From a virus: 64,000 bases of DNA. The notes beneath the pieces are model-generated. The model did not search any database. It was given only the letters and a program-made list of their open reading frames with translations, and was not told the DNA's origin. Numbering within the stretch: position 1 is the stretch's first letter; each line of letters begins with the position of its first letter. A program made the position numbers and the translations under genes. The stretch is from positions 4,385-68,384 of the IMG/VR virus record IMGVR_UViG_3300048592_000229. The stretch is one strand, 5' to 3'. Shown piece after piece: positions 1-9,444 of this stretch.

Positions 1-1
1 G

Positions 2-121
2 GAAGCCGGCTACGTCACGGTGCGCTTCGAGCGCCGGGATACGAAGGCACTGCCTGACACGACGCCGGTCGAGGTGGCCGAGGACGACACGCCGGACTTC
101 CCGGCCGAGGCGATTGCGTGA
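2..121 (+). CDS. 3' end of hypothetical protein (partial)
   Basis: Open frame from the window edge (EAGYVTVRFERRDTKALPDTT...AEAIA*) with GC3-rich codons like the other genes. Confidence 0.5.
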   Translation, partial: EAGYVTVRFERRDTKALPDTTPVEVAEDDTPDFPAEAIA

Positions 122-535
122 GGGCGAGTGGTGGATACGCTGTCGCACCATCGGATAGTCCAGGTCGCGCGCGACCCTCCCAGAACTACGGGCGAGGCCG
201 GTTTGTTAGCCGGGGTTTTCGATCTTGTCAACGGGCATGCAGAAGAAAAACGCACCAGACCGCTTTGCAGGCGTCGTCAAGCAACAGGAATGCTTTACAA
301 ATGCAGAAACGCATCAAGGGTAGAAAACCATCCGACAGGGACGGGAATGCTGCATCCGAGTGGCGGCGGGTTGACCCCGACACTCCGGCTCCAGTATCTG
401 CTCGGCCGGTTCCAGAATCGACCACTCACGGCGGTCGGTTACGCTCGCTGAACGCCAGGCTGGCCGGAATGATCGGAGAGGGCCGGGCGTTCGGTTTCCG
501 GCTCGTTTCGGACGGGGAATCGTTCCGGTTTACAG

Positions 536-760
536 ATGGAACTGACTGACGCCATTGTTCTTGCTGCGAGGTGCATGCGCGCTGGCGTTGGCGCGTCAGT
601 GGAGTCCGTGTGTCACGAATGCGACGGAGATGGTTTTCTGTTAGTCGATGGTGACGATCCGGTGGCACCGTGCCAGACATGCGGTGGAGACGGTGCGGTA
701 GTGAGACTGCGATGGGAGGACGACTGGTGGGATGTGCCGGTATCGATGATTCGTGAATAA
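536..760 (+). CDS. small DnaJ-type zinc-finger protein
   Basis: Two CxxCxGxG motifs (CHECDGDG, CQTCGGDG). Confidence 0.55.
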   Translation: MELTDAIVLAARCMRAGVGASVESVCHECDGDGFLLVDGDDPVAPCQTCGGDGAVVRLRWEDDWWDVPVSMIRE

Positions 761-827
761 TATTGGTTGACTCCTGCTGGCGGTAGTTTACTATTCAGCT
801 ACCGAACACCCCAACAGGAGCCGACAC

Positions 828-2609
828 ATGACACCGAACCCGCCGAAATGCCCGAATTGCAACCGCATCATGGCGCTGCGCACCGCCCGGACTGGACGCA
901 ACGCTGGTGGACAGTTCTGGGGGTGCCGTGGCTACCCGGCTTGCAAGGCCACCGTGCCTTTCGTCGCCACCGGTTCGGCCCCGGTCGCCAACATCAAGCG
1001 CATTGACGACAAGATGGCCAGCAAGTACCAGCGCGCCATTTTCCGGGCGCTGGTCAAGACCGACGCACATCTGGTCATCGAGGCCGTGGCCGGAAGCGGC
1101 AAGACCAGCACCATCGTTGAGGGCATGATCCGCTGGTGTGAGCAGCCCGAGAACAAGGGCAAGCACGCGGTATTTCTGGCGTTCAATCAGGCGATTGCCG
1201 GCGAACTCGGCGAGCGCGTCAAGTCAGCCGGCATCCCGGTCGAGGTGCGCACGACGCACAGCTTCGGGCTGGCTGCCGTGCGCCGCGCATGCCCGACCGT
1301 CGAGATTGACCGCGACAAGCTGACGGCGGTATTCGACACAGTGTTGCCGTTGCCGCCGGAGCCGGAAGAAAACGCGCCGCGCGAGGAATTGGAAGGCCAC
1401 GCCATCGCCACGGATTGCATCGAGGCCGACCGCCGCATCGTGAGCAAGCTGGCCGCGCGCTGCAAGGATACGCTGTGCGATGTGACGCCCGACGCGCTGC
1501 GCGATCTGGACGACTTCTATGGGCTGGACATTGGCGCGGACGCGGACGGATGGGAGCGGCTGGCCGATCTGACGCAAAAGACGCTGGACGCCTGCAAGGC
1601 GATGATGGATCGGTGCGACTTTGACGACATGCTCTGGCTGCCAATCGTCAACAACCTGCCGCTGCCGACTGCCGCTCTGGTGATGGTCGATGAGTCGCAG
1701 GACCTGAACAGCGCGCAGCACGCCATGCTGGAACGGCTGGCGGCACAGGGCGCGCGGATCGTGGCGGTGGGCGACACCAATCAGGCGATCTACGGATTCC
1801 GGGGCGCGCGCGTCGGCGGGATGGCCGATATGGCGTCCATGCTGAAAGCCACCGGCAAGGTCAAGCACCTGCCGCTGTCTGTGACCTACCGCTGCCCGCG
1901 CGCACACGTTGCGCTGGCCCAGCAGATTGTCCCGGGAATCGACGCCGCACCAAAGGCGATCATGGGCGAGGTGGTGTATGAGCCGAACCGCGCGGCGGCT
2001 GTCGCTGGATGCGTGGACGGCGATCTGATCGTGTGCCGCGTGAATGCGCCGCTGATCGGCACGGCGTTCGACCTGATTCGCATGGGCAAGCGCCCGGTGA
2101 TCAAAGGCCGAGACTTCGCGGACGGACTGGCCCGGATCATCCGCGAGTGCGACAAGGGCACAATCGCGCTGACGCTGGTGGCCGTTGATGAGTGGGTCGC
2201 GAAGATGCGCGAGAAGTTCCGTGCGGTGTCGAAGCGGCACCTGTTGATGCGCGCGGAGGACCAGTACGAGACGATCTACGCGCTGGCTGAAGGCGCAACT
2301 ACTCCACGCGACATGCTGAACAAGCTGTATTCGATATTCAGCGACGACGCCACCGGCATCATTCTCGCTACCGTCCACGGCGCGAAGGGGCTGGAAGCCG
2401 ATACGGTGGTGATCCTCGCACCGGAGAAGATGCCGCACCCGATGGCCAGCAAGGAGTGGGAGCGCGACCAGGAGCGCAACATCCAGTACGTGGCGTTCAC
2501 GCGCGCGAAGCGGCGGCTGGTGTTCGTGGCCACCGAAGCCATCACGGCAGCGAGCATCGAGCAGGCACAGGACGACGCGGCCGACGAATCCGAAACGGAG
2601 GGGGAGTGA
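828..2609 (+). CDS. UvrD/Rep-like SF1 helicase with N-terminal topoisomerase-type C4 zinc ribbon
   Basis: Walker A AVAGSGKT, VDESQD, VGDTNQAIYGFRGA, TYRCP, TVHGAKGLEAD, YVAFTRAK; N-terminal CPNC...FWGCRGYPAC; AGGAG RBS. Confidence 0.93.
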   Translation: MTPNPPKCPNCNRIMALRTARTGRNAGGQFWGCRGYPACKATVPFVATGSAPVANIKRIDDKMASKYQRAIFRALVKTDAHLVIEAVAGSGKTSTIVEGMIRWCEQPENKGKHAVFLAFNQAIAGELGERVKSAGIPVEVRTTHSFGLAAVRRACPTVEIDRDKLTAVFDTVLPLPPEPEENAPREELEGHAIATDCIEADRRIVSKLAARCKDTLCDVTPDALRDLDDFYGLDIGADADGWERLADLTQKTLDACKAMMDRCDFDDMLWLPIVNNLPLPTAALVMVDESQDLNSAQHAMLERLAAQGARIVAVGDTNQAIYGFRGARVGGMADMASMLKATGKVKHLPLSVTYRCPRAHVALAQQIVPGIDAAPKAIMGEVVYEPNRAAAVAGCVDGDLIVCRVNAPLIGTAFDLIRMGKRPVIKGRDFADGLARIIRECDKGTIALTLVAVDEWVAKMREKFRAVSKRHLLMRAEDQYETIYALAEGATTPRDMLNKLYSIFSDDATGIILATVHGAKGLEADTVVILAPEKMPHPMASKEWERDQERNIQYVAFTRAKRRLVFVATEAITAASIEQAQDDAADESETEGE

Positions 2610-2791
2610 TGCCGCGACCCGCACGAACCGACAACCCGGAGAACGTAACCGTGTATATCAGCGAGCAAGCGCGGGCGTTGCTTGCGTCACTCGCGGCTGA
2701 CGGCACGCCGAAGGGGCGCATCGTAGAGGCTGCGCTGGAGTGCTACGCAGCGAGCCAACAACCGGAGCATAAAATGCGCCCCCGCGCTTGA
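2609..2791 (+). CDS. ribbon-helix-helix-like DNA-binding protein
   Basis: ATG overlaps the helicase stop; VTVYIS strand followed by two helices ending GRIVEAAL. Confidence 0.55.
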   Translation: MPRPARTDNPENVTVYISEQARALLASLAADGTPKGRIVEAALECYAASQQPEHKMRPRA

Positions 2792-2816
2792 CCGCGAGCG
2801 CCACGCGGCGTATTGT
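2788..2816 (+). promoter_or_regulatory. sigma70-type promoter
   Basis: TTGACC-17 bp-TATTGT. Confidence 0.65.
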
Positions 2817-2861
2817 CAGATACGGGCACTAGCGGCAAGTGTGGGGGCCACGGAGGCAACG

Positions 2862-3140
2862 ATGGGCAACGACGGCGGGCCAGCATTCCCAACGCAGATG
2901 TTCGAGCATCCTGCGCATAGCAAACTGGAGAACTCGGCAGAGTACGGATACGGCGGCATGACGCTGCGAGACTACTTCGCGGCCGTCGCGCTTGGGGCAA
3001 TCGTGTCTCAGGCGGCAATCGTTACGTCGAAGGCAACCGGAGGAAGCGCCACCGCTTCCGAAATCGCTAACGGTGCGTATGAACTGGCCGACGCCATGTT
3101 GGCGGAACGGCAGAAGCCAACCAACAAGGAGCAAGCATGA
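2862..3140 (+). CDS. conserved phage hypothetical protein
   Basis: GGPAFP...GMTLRDYFAA motif typical of a widespread small phage protein; GGAGG RBS. Confidence 0.75.
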   Translation: MGNDGGPAFPTQMFEHPAHSKLENSAEYGYGGMTLRDYFAAVALGAIVSQAAIVTSKATGGSATASEIANGAYELADAMLAERQKPTNKEQA

Positions 3141-3421
3141 GCAATACACGACCCGACAAGCGATACCGCGACCCGGACAAAGCGCCCGGCATCGTCAGCG
3201 AGAAGCGGCTGACGTTCTTCCTGCCGCACGCCATGTTCCGGCGGCTCAAGCTGGCCGGCGGCAACTGCCAGGTGGCCAACGCGAAGGCAAACGGCAATGC
3301 CGGCGATGCGCCCGAACTGCCGGAGTCGCCGTCTGCGCTGGCGCGGCTGGCCATCGAGGCGCTGTTCGGCGAGGCGGACCAAGCCGTGGTGGACGCGGTG
3401 CGGAAGGCGGGCAAGAAATGA
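3137..3421 (+). CDS. hypothetical protein, possibly RHH-like
   Basis: AAGGAG RBS, ATGA coupling; KRLTFFLP...SALARLAIEAL. Confidence 0.55.
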   Translation: MSNTRPDKRYRDPDKAPGIVSEKRLTFFLPHAMFRRLKLAGGNCQVANAKANGNAGDAPELPESPSALARLAIEALFGEADQAVVDAVRKAGKK

Positions 3422-3561
3422 GGCACAAGGGGCTTCCGCATCGCTGGCGAGTGCTACTCGTGGTTCGACAGAACCAAGGAAACGAGCACCTGGCACACCG
3501 ACACGCCCGCGTGGCTTGACGGCATCATCGCCAAACACAAGGACGGGTACGAGGTGATCCC

Positions 3562-3774
3562 GTGACCGCGCCCGTCGTCTACTACTCCACGGCGTTCGTC
3601 GCGCGGCATCCGACCGCATGGTGGGAGTTGCAGGGCCGCATCGTGAGCGGCGTGCAGTGCCGCGACTGCCACCACTGGCAGGAGCAGCCGGCCAAGGTGT
3701 TCGTCTACGACCCCGACGAGCGGTGCGAAGCATGCGGCGGCTGCCGCCTTTCCTACGGACTGGAGGTAGAGTGA
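3562..3774 (+). CDS. small zinc-ribbon protein
   Basis: CRDC and CEACGG pairs; GAGG RBS. Confidence 0.5.
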   Translation: MTAPVVYYSTAFVARHPTAWWELQGRIVSGVQCRDCHHWQEQPAKVFVYDPDERCEACGGCRLSYGLEVE

Positions 3775-4532
3775 GCCACACGAAGATCATGCTGGCGGTG
3801 CCGACCTACAACGGCAGCATCGACTACCGGCACGCTCGCAGCTACCGCGCCTTCTACGAAATGGGCCGCGCCAGTCTGTACGCGGCGCTTTCCAACCTGG
3901 TCGCGGCCGACGCCGGCATGGTGGACAAGGCGCAAGCCGTGCGCGATGCCACCAATGCGCTGCAACGCGATCCCGTGGACGTGGTGCATTGGCAGGTGAA
4001 CAGCGCGCTGTGCTACGGGTTCAATGGCCTGTACCAATCGGCGCTGCGGCGGCGTGGCACGAACGGCGTGACACACTTCCTGATGCTGCATGCCGACGTG
4101 GGCGTTGAGACGCCAGCCGTGCCGTGGCCGGAGAAGATGCTGGCCATCATGGAGCGCGAAAAGCTGGGCGTGCTCAGTGTGACCGTGCCGCTCAAGACGC
4201 CCGGCGGAGAGACAAGCGCGGCAATCGACGCGCACGATGACCAGCCGCTGCGACGGCTGACTATCGGCGACACGGCGATGCGAACCGTCACGACTCGGCA
4301 GGAGCCGGGCCTGCTGATCAACACCGGCTGCATGATGATCGACTTGCGTCAGCCGTGGGCCGACGATGTGTGCTTCCAAACGCGCGACTACATCGAGAAC
4401 GGCGAGCCGGTGTTTCACCCGGAGGATTGGGAGTTCTCGCGGTGGCTGCGGGAGCGTGGCGTGGCGTTCGGGACGACAGGCGAGGTGATGGCCGTTCATG
4501 TGGGCGGCCGTACCGAATACCGGAACATGTGA
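3771..4532 (+). CDS. GT-A fold (GT2-like) glycosyltransferase
   Basis: KIMLAVPTYNG start, THFLMLHAD (DxD-like), NTGCMMID, PEDWEFS, AVHVG; GTG start after GGAGG. Confidence 0.7.
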   Translation: MSHTKIMLAVPTYNGSIDYRHARSYRAFYEMGRASLYAALSNLVAADAGMVDKAQAVRDATNALQRDPVDVVHWQVNSALCYGFNGLYQSALRRRGTNGVTHFLMLHADVGVETPAVPWPEKMLAIMEREKLGVLSVTVPLKTPGGETSAAIDAHDDQPLRRLTIGDTAMRTVTTRQEPGLLINTGCMMIDLRQPWADDVCFQTRDYIENGEPVFHPEDWEFSRWLRERGVAFGTTGEVMAVHVGGRTEYRNM

Positions 4533-4544
4533 AGGAGGCGGGCG

Positions 4545-4721
4545 ATGATCAATTGGGACTACATCCGGCACATTGCTGGAGACATGATGGACGACTCGGA
4601 ATACGCGCCGATACCGTGTCGGTTGCCGGACGGCACGCTGATGTGGGTCGTTGGTGTGGAAGGACGCGACAGGAGCGCAACGCTGGTTCTGAGCAACGAG
4701 CGCCCGAAGGACGACGAATGA
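4545..4721 (+). CDS. hypothetical protein (58 aa)
   Basis: AAGGAGG RBS; stop overlaps the next ATG; below the ORF-track cutoff. Confidence 0.5.
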   Translation: MINWDYIRHIAGDMMDDSEYAPIPCRLPDGTLMWVVGVEGRDRSATLVLSNERPKDDE

Positions 4722-6025
4722 CGCGCGTACTCTACCTGAACGATACCAGCCGCTGGCACGTCGGCTCGGCCGTGGCCAGTGAATCCATCGCGTGGGCCAT
4801 CGTGAAGGCCGGCGGCGAGATTGTGCGCACGGTCATCACGGGAGATGCACGGGCGTGCGACGACGCATTGCGCGCTGGCGACTATGACGCTCTGGTCATC
4901 AACGGCGAGGGCACGCTGCACGACTGTGAGGATTGCGACTCGCGCGAGTGGCCGGCGGTCCTGATGCGCGCGTGTGAGACGGCGATGCAAGCCGGCAAGC
5001 GCGTGGCTGTGGTCAACGCGCTGTGGTGTCGCATGAGTCCGGTATTCGCCGACATTCTGCGCGACTGCGATCTGGTGGTGTTCCGCGACACTATCAGCCG
5101 CGCGGTGGCTGGCATGCCGGATGCGCCGTGCTTCCCGGATGCGGCGCTGATGTGCCCGATTCCGACGATTGCCACTGGCGACAAGCGCGGCCACCTGACC
5201 GGCACGTCGCCGATGGAGTGGAATCTGTCGTCCGATCCCGATGCGCGCGTACCACGCAGCGGAGGCGCTACGGCGTGGGTCAAGTACCTGTGCCGGCTGG
5301 CCGAGATTGAAAGCCTGCGGACGTGCCAGCATCACGCCTTGCTGGCGGCGGCCATCGTCGGAACGAGCGTGGTGCCGTGGTCGTCGGAGTTGCTGGGTCG
5401 CGGCTGGAAGAACGAGGGGCTGATGGCGTGGGCGGGGTTGCCAGCGGCCGACTCGCCTGACGCGGAGCCTGTCGAGACGGCGGACCTTGCGCGCGTTCTG
5501 GTGGATGAACGCGAGAAGATGGTGGAGGCGTACCCGATGATGCTGCGGGACGTATTCGAGGGGCGCACGCGGGAGACGGCCGATGCCGCTGGCGATGGAG
5601 GGGAAGAAGTGATCATCGATAACGTCACCATCTTCAAGGCGCACGTTCGACCGGAGCGTACGTCGCTGATAGGTGGAACATGGCCAGCCATCGACTTCGG
5701 GCCAGACTGGTGCAGCACCACCGTCGCAAACCTGCTGGCCAATATCGACGGCGGATATTACCCGACCGTCCACATGGGCCACCACGAGTCCGGTAAGCTG
5801 CCGGAGCATGTTGGGTTCGTCACGGGCGCAAGGTACGACGCCGATTCCGAGACGATAGTCGTGAGGATGGCCCTGCACATCGCCGAAGGGACTGATTTTG
5901 ATGCGCTGCGGCCGAGTGTTGAGGTTGCTGCCGAACGCCCTGAAATCCTGTCGGTGGCGCTGATCCACGGCCCGCTGGACGCCGGGATTGACAAGCACGT
6001 GCCGATGCTCGGGAGCTACCTGTGA
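4718..6025 (+). CDS. polysaccharide pyruvyl-transferase-like protein fused to a prohead-protease-like domain
   Basis: VLYLNDTSRWHVGS, VINGEGTLH, VVNALW, VFRDTIS, PDAA, TCQHHA; C-terminal ~140 aa aligns by eye with the N-terminus of 22267..24039. Confidence 0.7.
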   Translation: MTRVLYLNDTSRWHVGSAVASESIAWAIVKAGGEIVRTVITGDARACDDALRAGDYDALVINGEGTLHDCEDCDSREWPAVLMRACETAMQAGKRVAVVNALWCRMSPVFADILRDCDLVVFRDTISRAVAGMPDAPCFPDAALMCPIPTIATGDKRGHLTGTSPMEWNLSSDPDARVPRSGGATAWVKYLCRLAEIESLRTCQHHALLAAAIVGTSVVPWSSELLGRGWKNEGLMAWAGLPAADSPDAEPVETADLARVLVDEREKMVEAYPMMLRDVFEGRTRETADAAGDGGEEVIIDNVTIFKAHVRPERTSLIGGTWPAIDFGPDWCSTTVANLLANIDGGYYPTVHMGHHESGKLPEHVGFVTGARYDADSETIVVRMALHIAEGTDFDALRPSVEVAAERPEILSVALIHGPLDAGIDKHVPMLGSYL

Positions 6026-6705
6026 ACCGCATCGCCATGGTCCTGTTCAAGCCGCCAGGCAACCTGCCGGCCTACTCCAGCGGGTTTTCCCCGGCCTACG
6101 CCGACCGCGTAGCGCGCAACATCTATCGGCACGCCGGGTCGAGAACGGAAGTCGTCGTGTTGACCGACTACCCGGCCGACGACTTCACTGAAGGCCAGAC
6201 GCTGCTGCCGTTCCAGCACCCGGAGCGCGGCTGGTGCTCGCTGATGGAGTTGTTTCGCCCTGACGTTGTGCGCGGCGGCGCGCTGCTGATCGGGCTGGAT
6301 ACGGTGTTTGTCGGCGGGCTTGACCGCGTGTGGAATGCCATTCGCGAGCACGGATACATCGCCTGCGGTGGGCGCACCAACCTGCCGGACGCGTTCAGCA
6401 ACAGCGTCGTCGGTATTGACGCGAAGCACGCGGCTGCCGTGTGGGAGGATTGGTGCCACCGCCGCACGGCGGACTTGCCGAACAAGCGATACTGGCTCTA
6501 CGGCGCGTTCTCGGAGATGTTCTGGCTGCGGGATCGGCACCCGTCGAATGCGTACTGGCAGAAGGTGCTTCCGGGCCGCGTGGTCAGCTACAAGCAGCAC
6601 CTGGACCGGATGCGTCCGGGCGATGACGTGGCCATTTGTTATTTTCATGGGGAACCGAAACCGCACAATCTGGCGGACGAGTGGATCAAGCGGGAGTGGG
6701 CGTGA
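6022..6705 (+). CDS. glycosyltransferase-like protein (GT-A)
   Basis: VVLTD, IGLDTV, NSVV, VVSYK, YFHGEPKPH motifs typical of phage glycosyltransferases. Confidence 0.7.
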   Translation: MNRIAMVLFKPPGNLPAYSSGFSPAYADRVARNIYRHAGSRTEVVVLTDYPADDFTEGQTLLPFQHPERGWCSLMELFRPDVVRGGALLIGLDTVFVGGLDRVWNAIREHGYIACGGRTNLPDAFSNSVVGIDAKHAAAVWEDWCHRRTADLPNKRYWLYGAFSEMFWLRDRHPSNAYWQKVLPGRVVSYKQHLDRMRPGDDVAICYFHGEPKPHNLADEWIKREWA

Positions 6706-7298
6706 TGGCCGTTTACACGCCGCGTCTGGTCTACGTCCACATGCCGAAAACGGCCGGCACGTTCGTGCAGTCCACGCTGATTTCCAGGGCGCGCGGAGAA
6801 CGTCGCGGTGGGCACACGCTAGCGCGCGATATCCCGACCGGGCGGCTGCTGCGGCGCAAGGTGTTTGGCACCGTGCGTGAGCCATGCGCGTGGTACGAAT
6901 CGCTGTGGCTGCATTCTGTGCGCGACGGCTACTGTAACCGCACGTTCGGCGATTGCATGGCGCGCTGGCTGGATGTGCGCAATCTCGGCGGTGTGTGGCA
7001 CCCGCTGCCGCCATTCAGGCGCATCACTCTGCCGGATGAGCCGGTCGGCCTATGGACGGCGGCCGTGCGTGGCTGGTACGGCAACGGCAACGGCGGGTGG
7101 GCGGTAGACGCGCTGGTGCGTGTCGCGCACCTGTCGGACGGGCTGCGGATACTCGGCGTGGACGCGAGCTGTCAGCCGCGCGAGAATGAGCGCCCGGCGG
7201 GTGAATCGGTGGAGTGTACGCCCCGGATGCGTGAGGCGGTTGCGCGCGCGGATGGCGCGATGTGGGAGCAACTACGGGAGGCAGTGACGCATGTTTGA
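6705..7298 (+). CDS. sulfotransferase-like protein
   Basis: 5'-PAPS-binding motif YVHMPKTAGT; 3' motif VREPCAWYES. Confidence 0.75.
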   Translation: MAVYTPRLVYVHMPKTAGTFVQSTLISRARGERRGGHTLARDIPTGRLLRRKVFGTVREPCAWYESLWLHSVRDGYCNRTFGDCMARWLDVRNLGGVWHPLPPFRRITLPDEPVGLWTAAVRGWYGNGNGGWAVDALVRVAHLSDGLRILGVDASCQPRENERPAGESVECTPRMREAVARADGAMWEQLREAVTHV

Positions 7299-7551
7299 CA
7301 ACGACCGCAGGGAATGGTGGTTCGCGCAGGGTTACGGCATCGCCACGCCAGCAGCGGTTCGCAAAATCACGATCCACTACCGGAGGCGCGCAAAGCCACA
7401 CCGTTCACAATTCGACAGCGGACGCACACTGGCACGCACTGAGCGGCTGATCGGCTCGCCGTTCGACGCCGACGAATTGGCCCGTTGGACAGAGCAGGCG
7501 CGGCGCGGATACGAGTTCCAGAAGGAATTGATGCGAACGGAGTCCGAGTGA
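7291..7551 (+). CDS. hypothetical protein
   Basis: GGGAGG RBS, coupled to neighbours. Confidence 0.5.
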   Translation: MFDNDRREWWFAQGYGIATPAAVRKITIHYRRRAKPHRSQFDSGRTLARTERLIGSPFDADELARWTEQARRGYEFQKELMRTESE

Positions 7552-8027
7552 TGTTTGACGGGCAGACCGTAGCACTGGTGGGAAACGGCCCGGCAAGCCG
7601 CGCATACGACGCCGTGGACGCCTGCGATGCCGTGATCCGCTGCAATCTCTACCGGCTGGGCCACGACACGGGATGGGTGACGACGCACCACGCCATGAAC
7701 GCGGCCGAGTTGGCCCGCGAGACACCGGCCGGCGTGAAGCGCATCGCGTGCGTGCCGTCCGACCGACTGCGCCATGTGCCGGGTGATTGCCAGCACGTTG
7801 ACGTGTGGCTGCCGCGTGACTGGCTGCGCAGGCTGGACGAGCGAATGACCGCGCGGCCGTCTGTCGGCTGCATGCTGACGCACTGGCTGCTGGAGTGCTG
7901 CAATCCGGCGCGAGTCGTGATGGTAGGTTTTTCGTGGTGCAACCATTCGGTTGCCAAGGTGCATGATCTGGAAGAGGAACGGCGCATGTTTGACGCGGCT
8001 GACACGCGAAAGGTGGTGCTACTGTGA
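7551..8027 (+). CDS. GT29 (sialyltransferase)-like protein
   Basis: VALVGNGP...DACDAVIRCN (sialylmotif L-like), RPSVG (motif S-like), VGF, HDLEEE. Confidence 0.65.
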   Translation: MFDGQTVALVGNGPASRAYDAVDACDAVIRCNLYRLGHDTGWVTTHHAMNAAELARETPAGVKRIACVPSDRLRHVPGDCQHVDVWLPRDWLRRLDERMTARPSVGCMLTHWLLECCNPARVVMVGFSWCNHSVAKVHDLEEERRMFDAADTRKVVLL

Positions 8028-8521
8028 TTCCGGTGAAACAAAGCAACCGGCACGATCCCGACAATGGCGTGTGGGGCGACTGCCACCGGGCGGCTGTCGC
8101 GAGCATCCTGAGATTGCCGTTGGAGGCCGTGCCACACTTCTGCGACGGCGGACCGGATGCCGATGAGTTTGTCCGCAGGGAGCGCAATTTCCTGACCAGC
8201 GTCGGACTATTCGCGGTCGAGTTTGCATGGGCCGCTGATCTTGATGAAGTTCTGGCGACGATGGGCGAGCGATACGACGGAATCCACTACCTGCTCGGCG
8301 GGTGGAGCCGCACTGGATGTAACCACACGGTTGTTTGCTGCGGTAGGCGAATCGTCCATGATCCGTCGCTGGATGACAGCGGTATCATCGGTCCGATGGA
8401 ACCGACCGGGCGCTACCACGTCACCATGTTCGGGGCGATGTGGCCGTGCTCAGTTGCGGCGAAGTCTGAAAGGGTCAAGCAGTGGTACGAGAGCCGGATA
8501 AAGGAGCTCATGCACCGATGA
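8024..8521 (+). CDS. papain-like (C39-type) cysteine hydrolase-like protein
   Basis: GDCHRAAVASIL...NHTVV...IVHDP, consistent with a Cys-His-Asp triad. Confidence 0.55.
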   Translation: MIPVKQSNRHDPDNGVWGDCHRAAVASILRLPLEAVPHFCDGGPDADEFVRRERNFLTSVGLFAVEFAWAADLDEVLATMGERYDGIHYLLGGWSRTGCNHTVVCCGRRIVHDPSLDDSGIIGPMEPTGRYHVTMFGAMWPCSVAAKSERVKQWYESRIKELMHR

Positions 8522-9063
8522 TTGACACCGTGGAAATCTGGTGCCCCGGTCAATCGCTGGTGCCGCATCATCCGGTCGGCGAGTGGGTCATCACAGTCAA
8601 CCGCGCATCGGCCGCGTGGCACGAATGGCGATACAGCCAGTACGGCACAGACGCCCGCTGGTGGCACGTCAGCCGCGACGTGGAACAACTGCGCGCAATG
8701 CGCGAGATGATCGGCTACGGGCTGGTTGCGCCGGACTGCATCACGTCCAGCAAGGCGTACGGGTTTGAGTGCGCGACGATGTTCCCGGACTCGCGCTACC
8801 TGCCGTTCGAGTGGACCGACGCATTCTGCGGAAGCCTCCGGTTCAAGCTGACGAAGATCGTGGCGCTGGCCGTGGCTCACATGATGGGCGCGCGCAAGAT
8901 CGTGATGCACGGCGACGATATGGCCGGTACGGCCGATTGGGACGGCACCGTGCTGCCGGGGTATGATCGCACCGACGAGCGATGGGAGAAGGAGCGGCGC
9001 GACACGGAAGCGGCCGTGAAGCTGCTGGAACAACGTGGCACGAGCGTGGAGTGGGCAAAATGA
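8518..9063 (+). CDS. putative glycosyltransferase-related protein (GT29/Maf-like fold)
   Basis: CPGQSL...VITVN...ALAVAHMMGARKIVMHGDDM pattern. Confidence 0.5.
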   Translation: MIDTVEIWCPGQSLVPHHPVGEWVITVNRASAAWHEWRYSQYGTDARWWHVSRDVEQLRAMREMIGYGLVAPDCITSSKAYGFECATMFPDSRYLPFEWTDAFCGSLRFKLTKIVALAVAHMMGARKIVMHGDDMAGTADWDGTVLPGYDRTDERWEKERRDTEAAVKLLEQRGTSVEWAK

Positions 9064-9344
9064 GCGAGAACGAAATCACGGGTATGGGGATGGCGGCGGC
9101 GAACATCCTTGACGACCTGTATTCGGTGCGCATCCAGTTCTGCGAGAAGCACGACGTGACGCCCGGCGCGTGCGCGTTCATCGCTCTACTGCCGCTGTGG
9201 GCAGAGCAAAGCGTGCGGCTGATTCACTCTGACGGCCGCTGGCCAACGAATACCGGAATTGCCTACGGGAAGTGCGTCAAGGGCTGGTGGGTGATCTGTG
9301 TCACGCCGTCTGGCACGGTCGAGAAATGGAAGGTGGCAGAATGA
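9060..9344 (+). CDS. hypothetical protein
   Basis: ATGA coupling with the upstream gene. Confidence 0.5.
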   Translation: MSENEITGMGMAAANILDDLYSVRIQFCEKHDVTPGACAFIALLPLWAEQSVRLIHSDGRWPTNTGIAYGKCVKGWWVICVTPSGTVEKWKVAE

Positions 9345-9353
9345 TGACCACTC

Positions 9354-9424
9354 GCGCCATTCGCCTAACGGTCGGGCACCGGGCTTCCATCCCGGCGAAG
9401 CGGGTTCGACTCCCGCATGGCGCT
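9354..9424 (+). tRNA. tRNA-Gly(TCC)
   Basis: Acceptor GCGCCAT/ATGGCGC, D arm GCCT/GGGC, anticodon arm CCGGG-CT TCC AT-CCCGG, T arm GCGGG-TTCGACT-CCCGC, U discriminator. Confidence 0.8.
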
Positions 9425-9444
9425 TTCCAACCAGAGGAATCCTG

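Noticed and set aside
761-795. Promoter upstream of the UvrD helicase (TTGACT…TAGTTT/TACTAT)
   Set aside because: Spacing is 11 or 16 bp with a poor -10 fit; probably regulatory but not callable
1224-2624. Long minus-strand ORFs (also 4559-5998, 18881-20179, 23916-26235, 53455-55748)
   Set aside because: Shadow ORFs antisense to well-supported GC3-rich genes; no motifs or RBS
4355-4717. N-terminal extension of the 556-aa ORF-track call
   Set aside because: It overlaps the upstream glycosyltransferase and a 58-aa gene; the credible start is the coupled ATG at 4718
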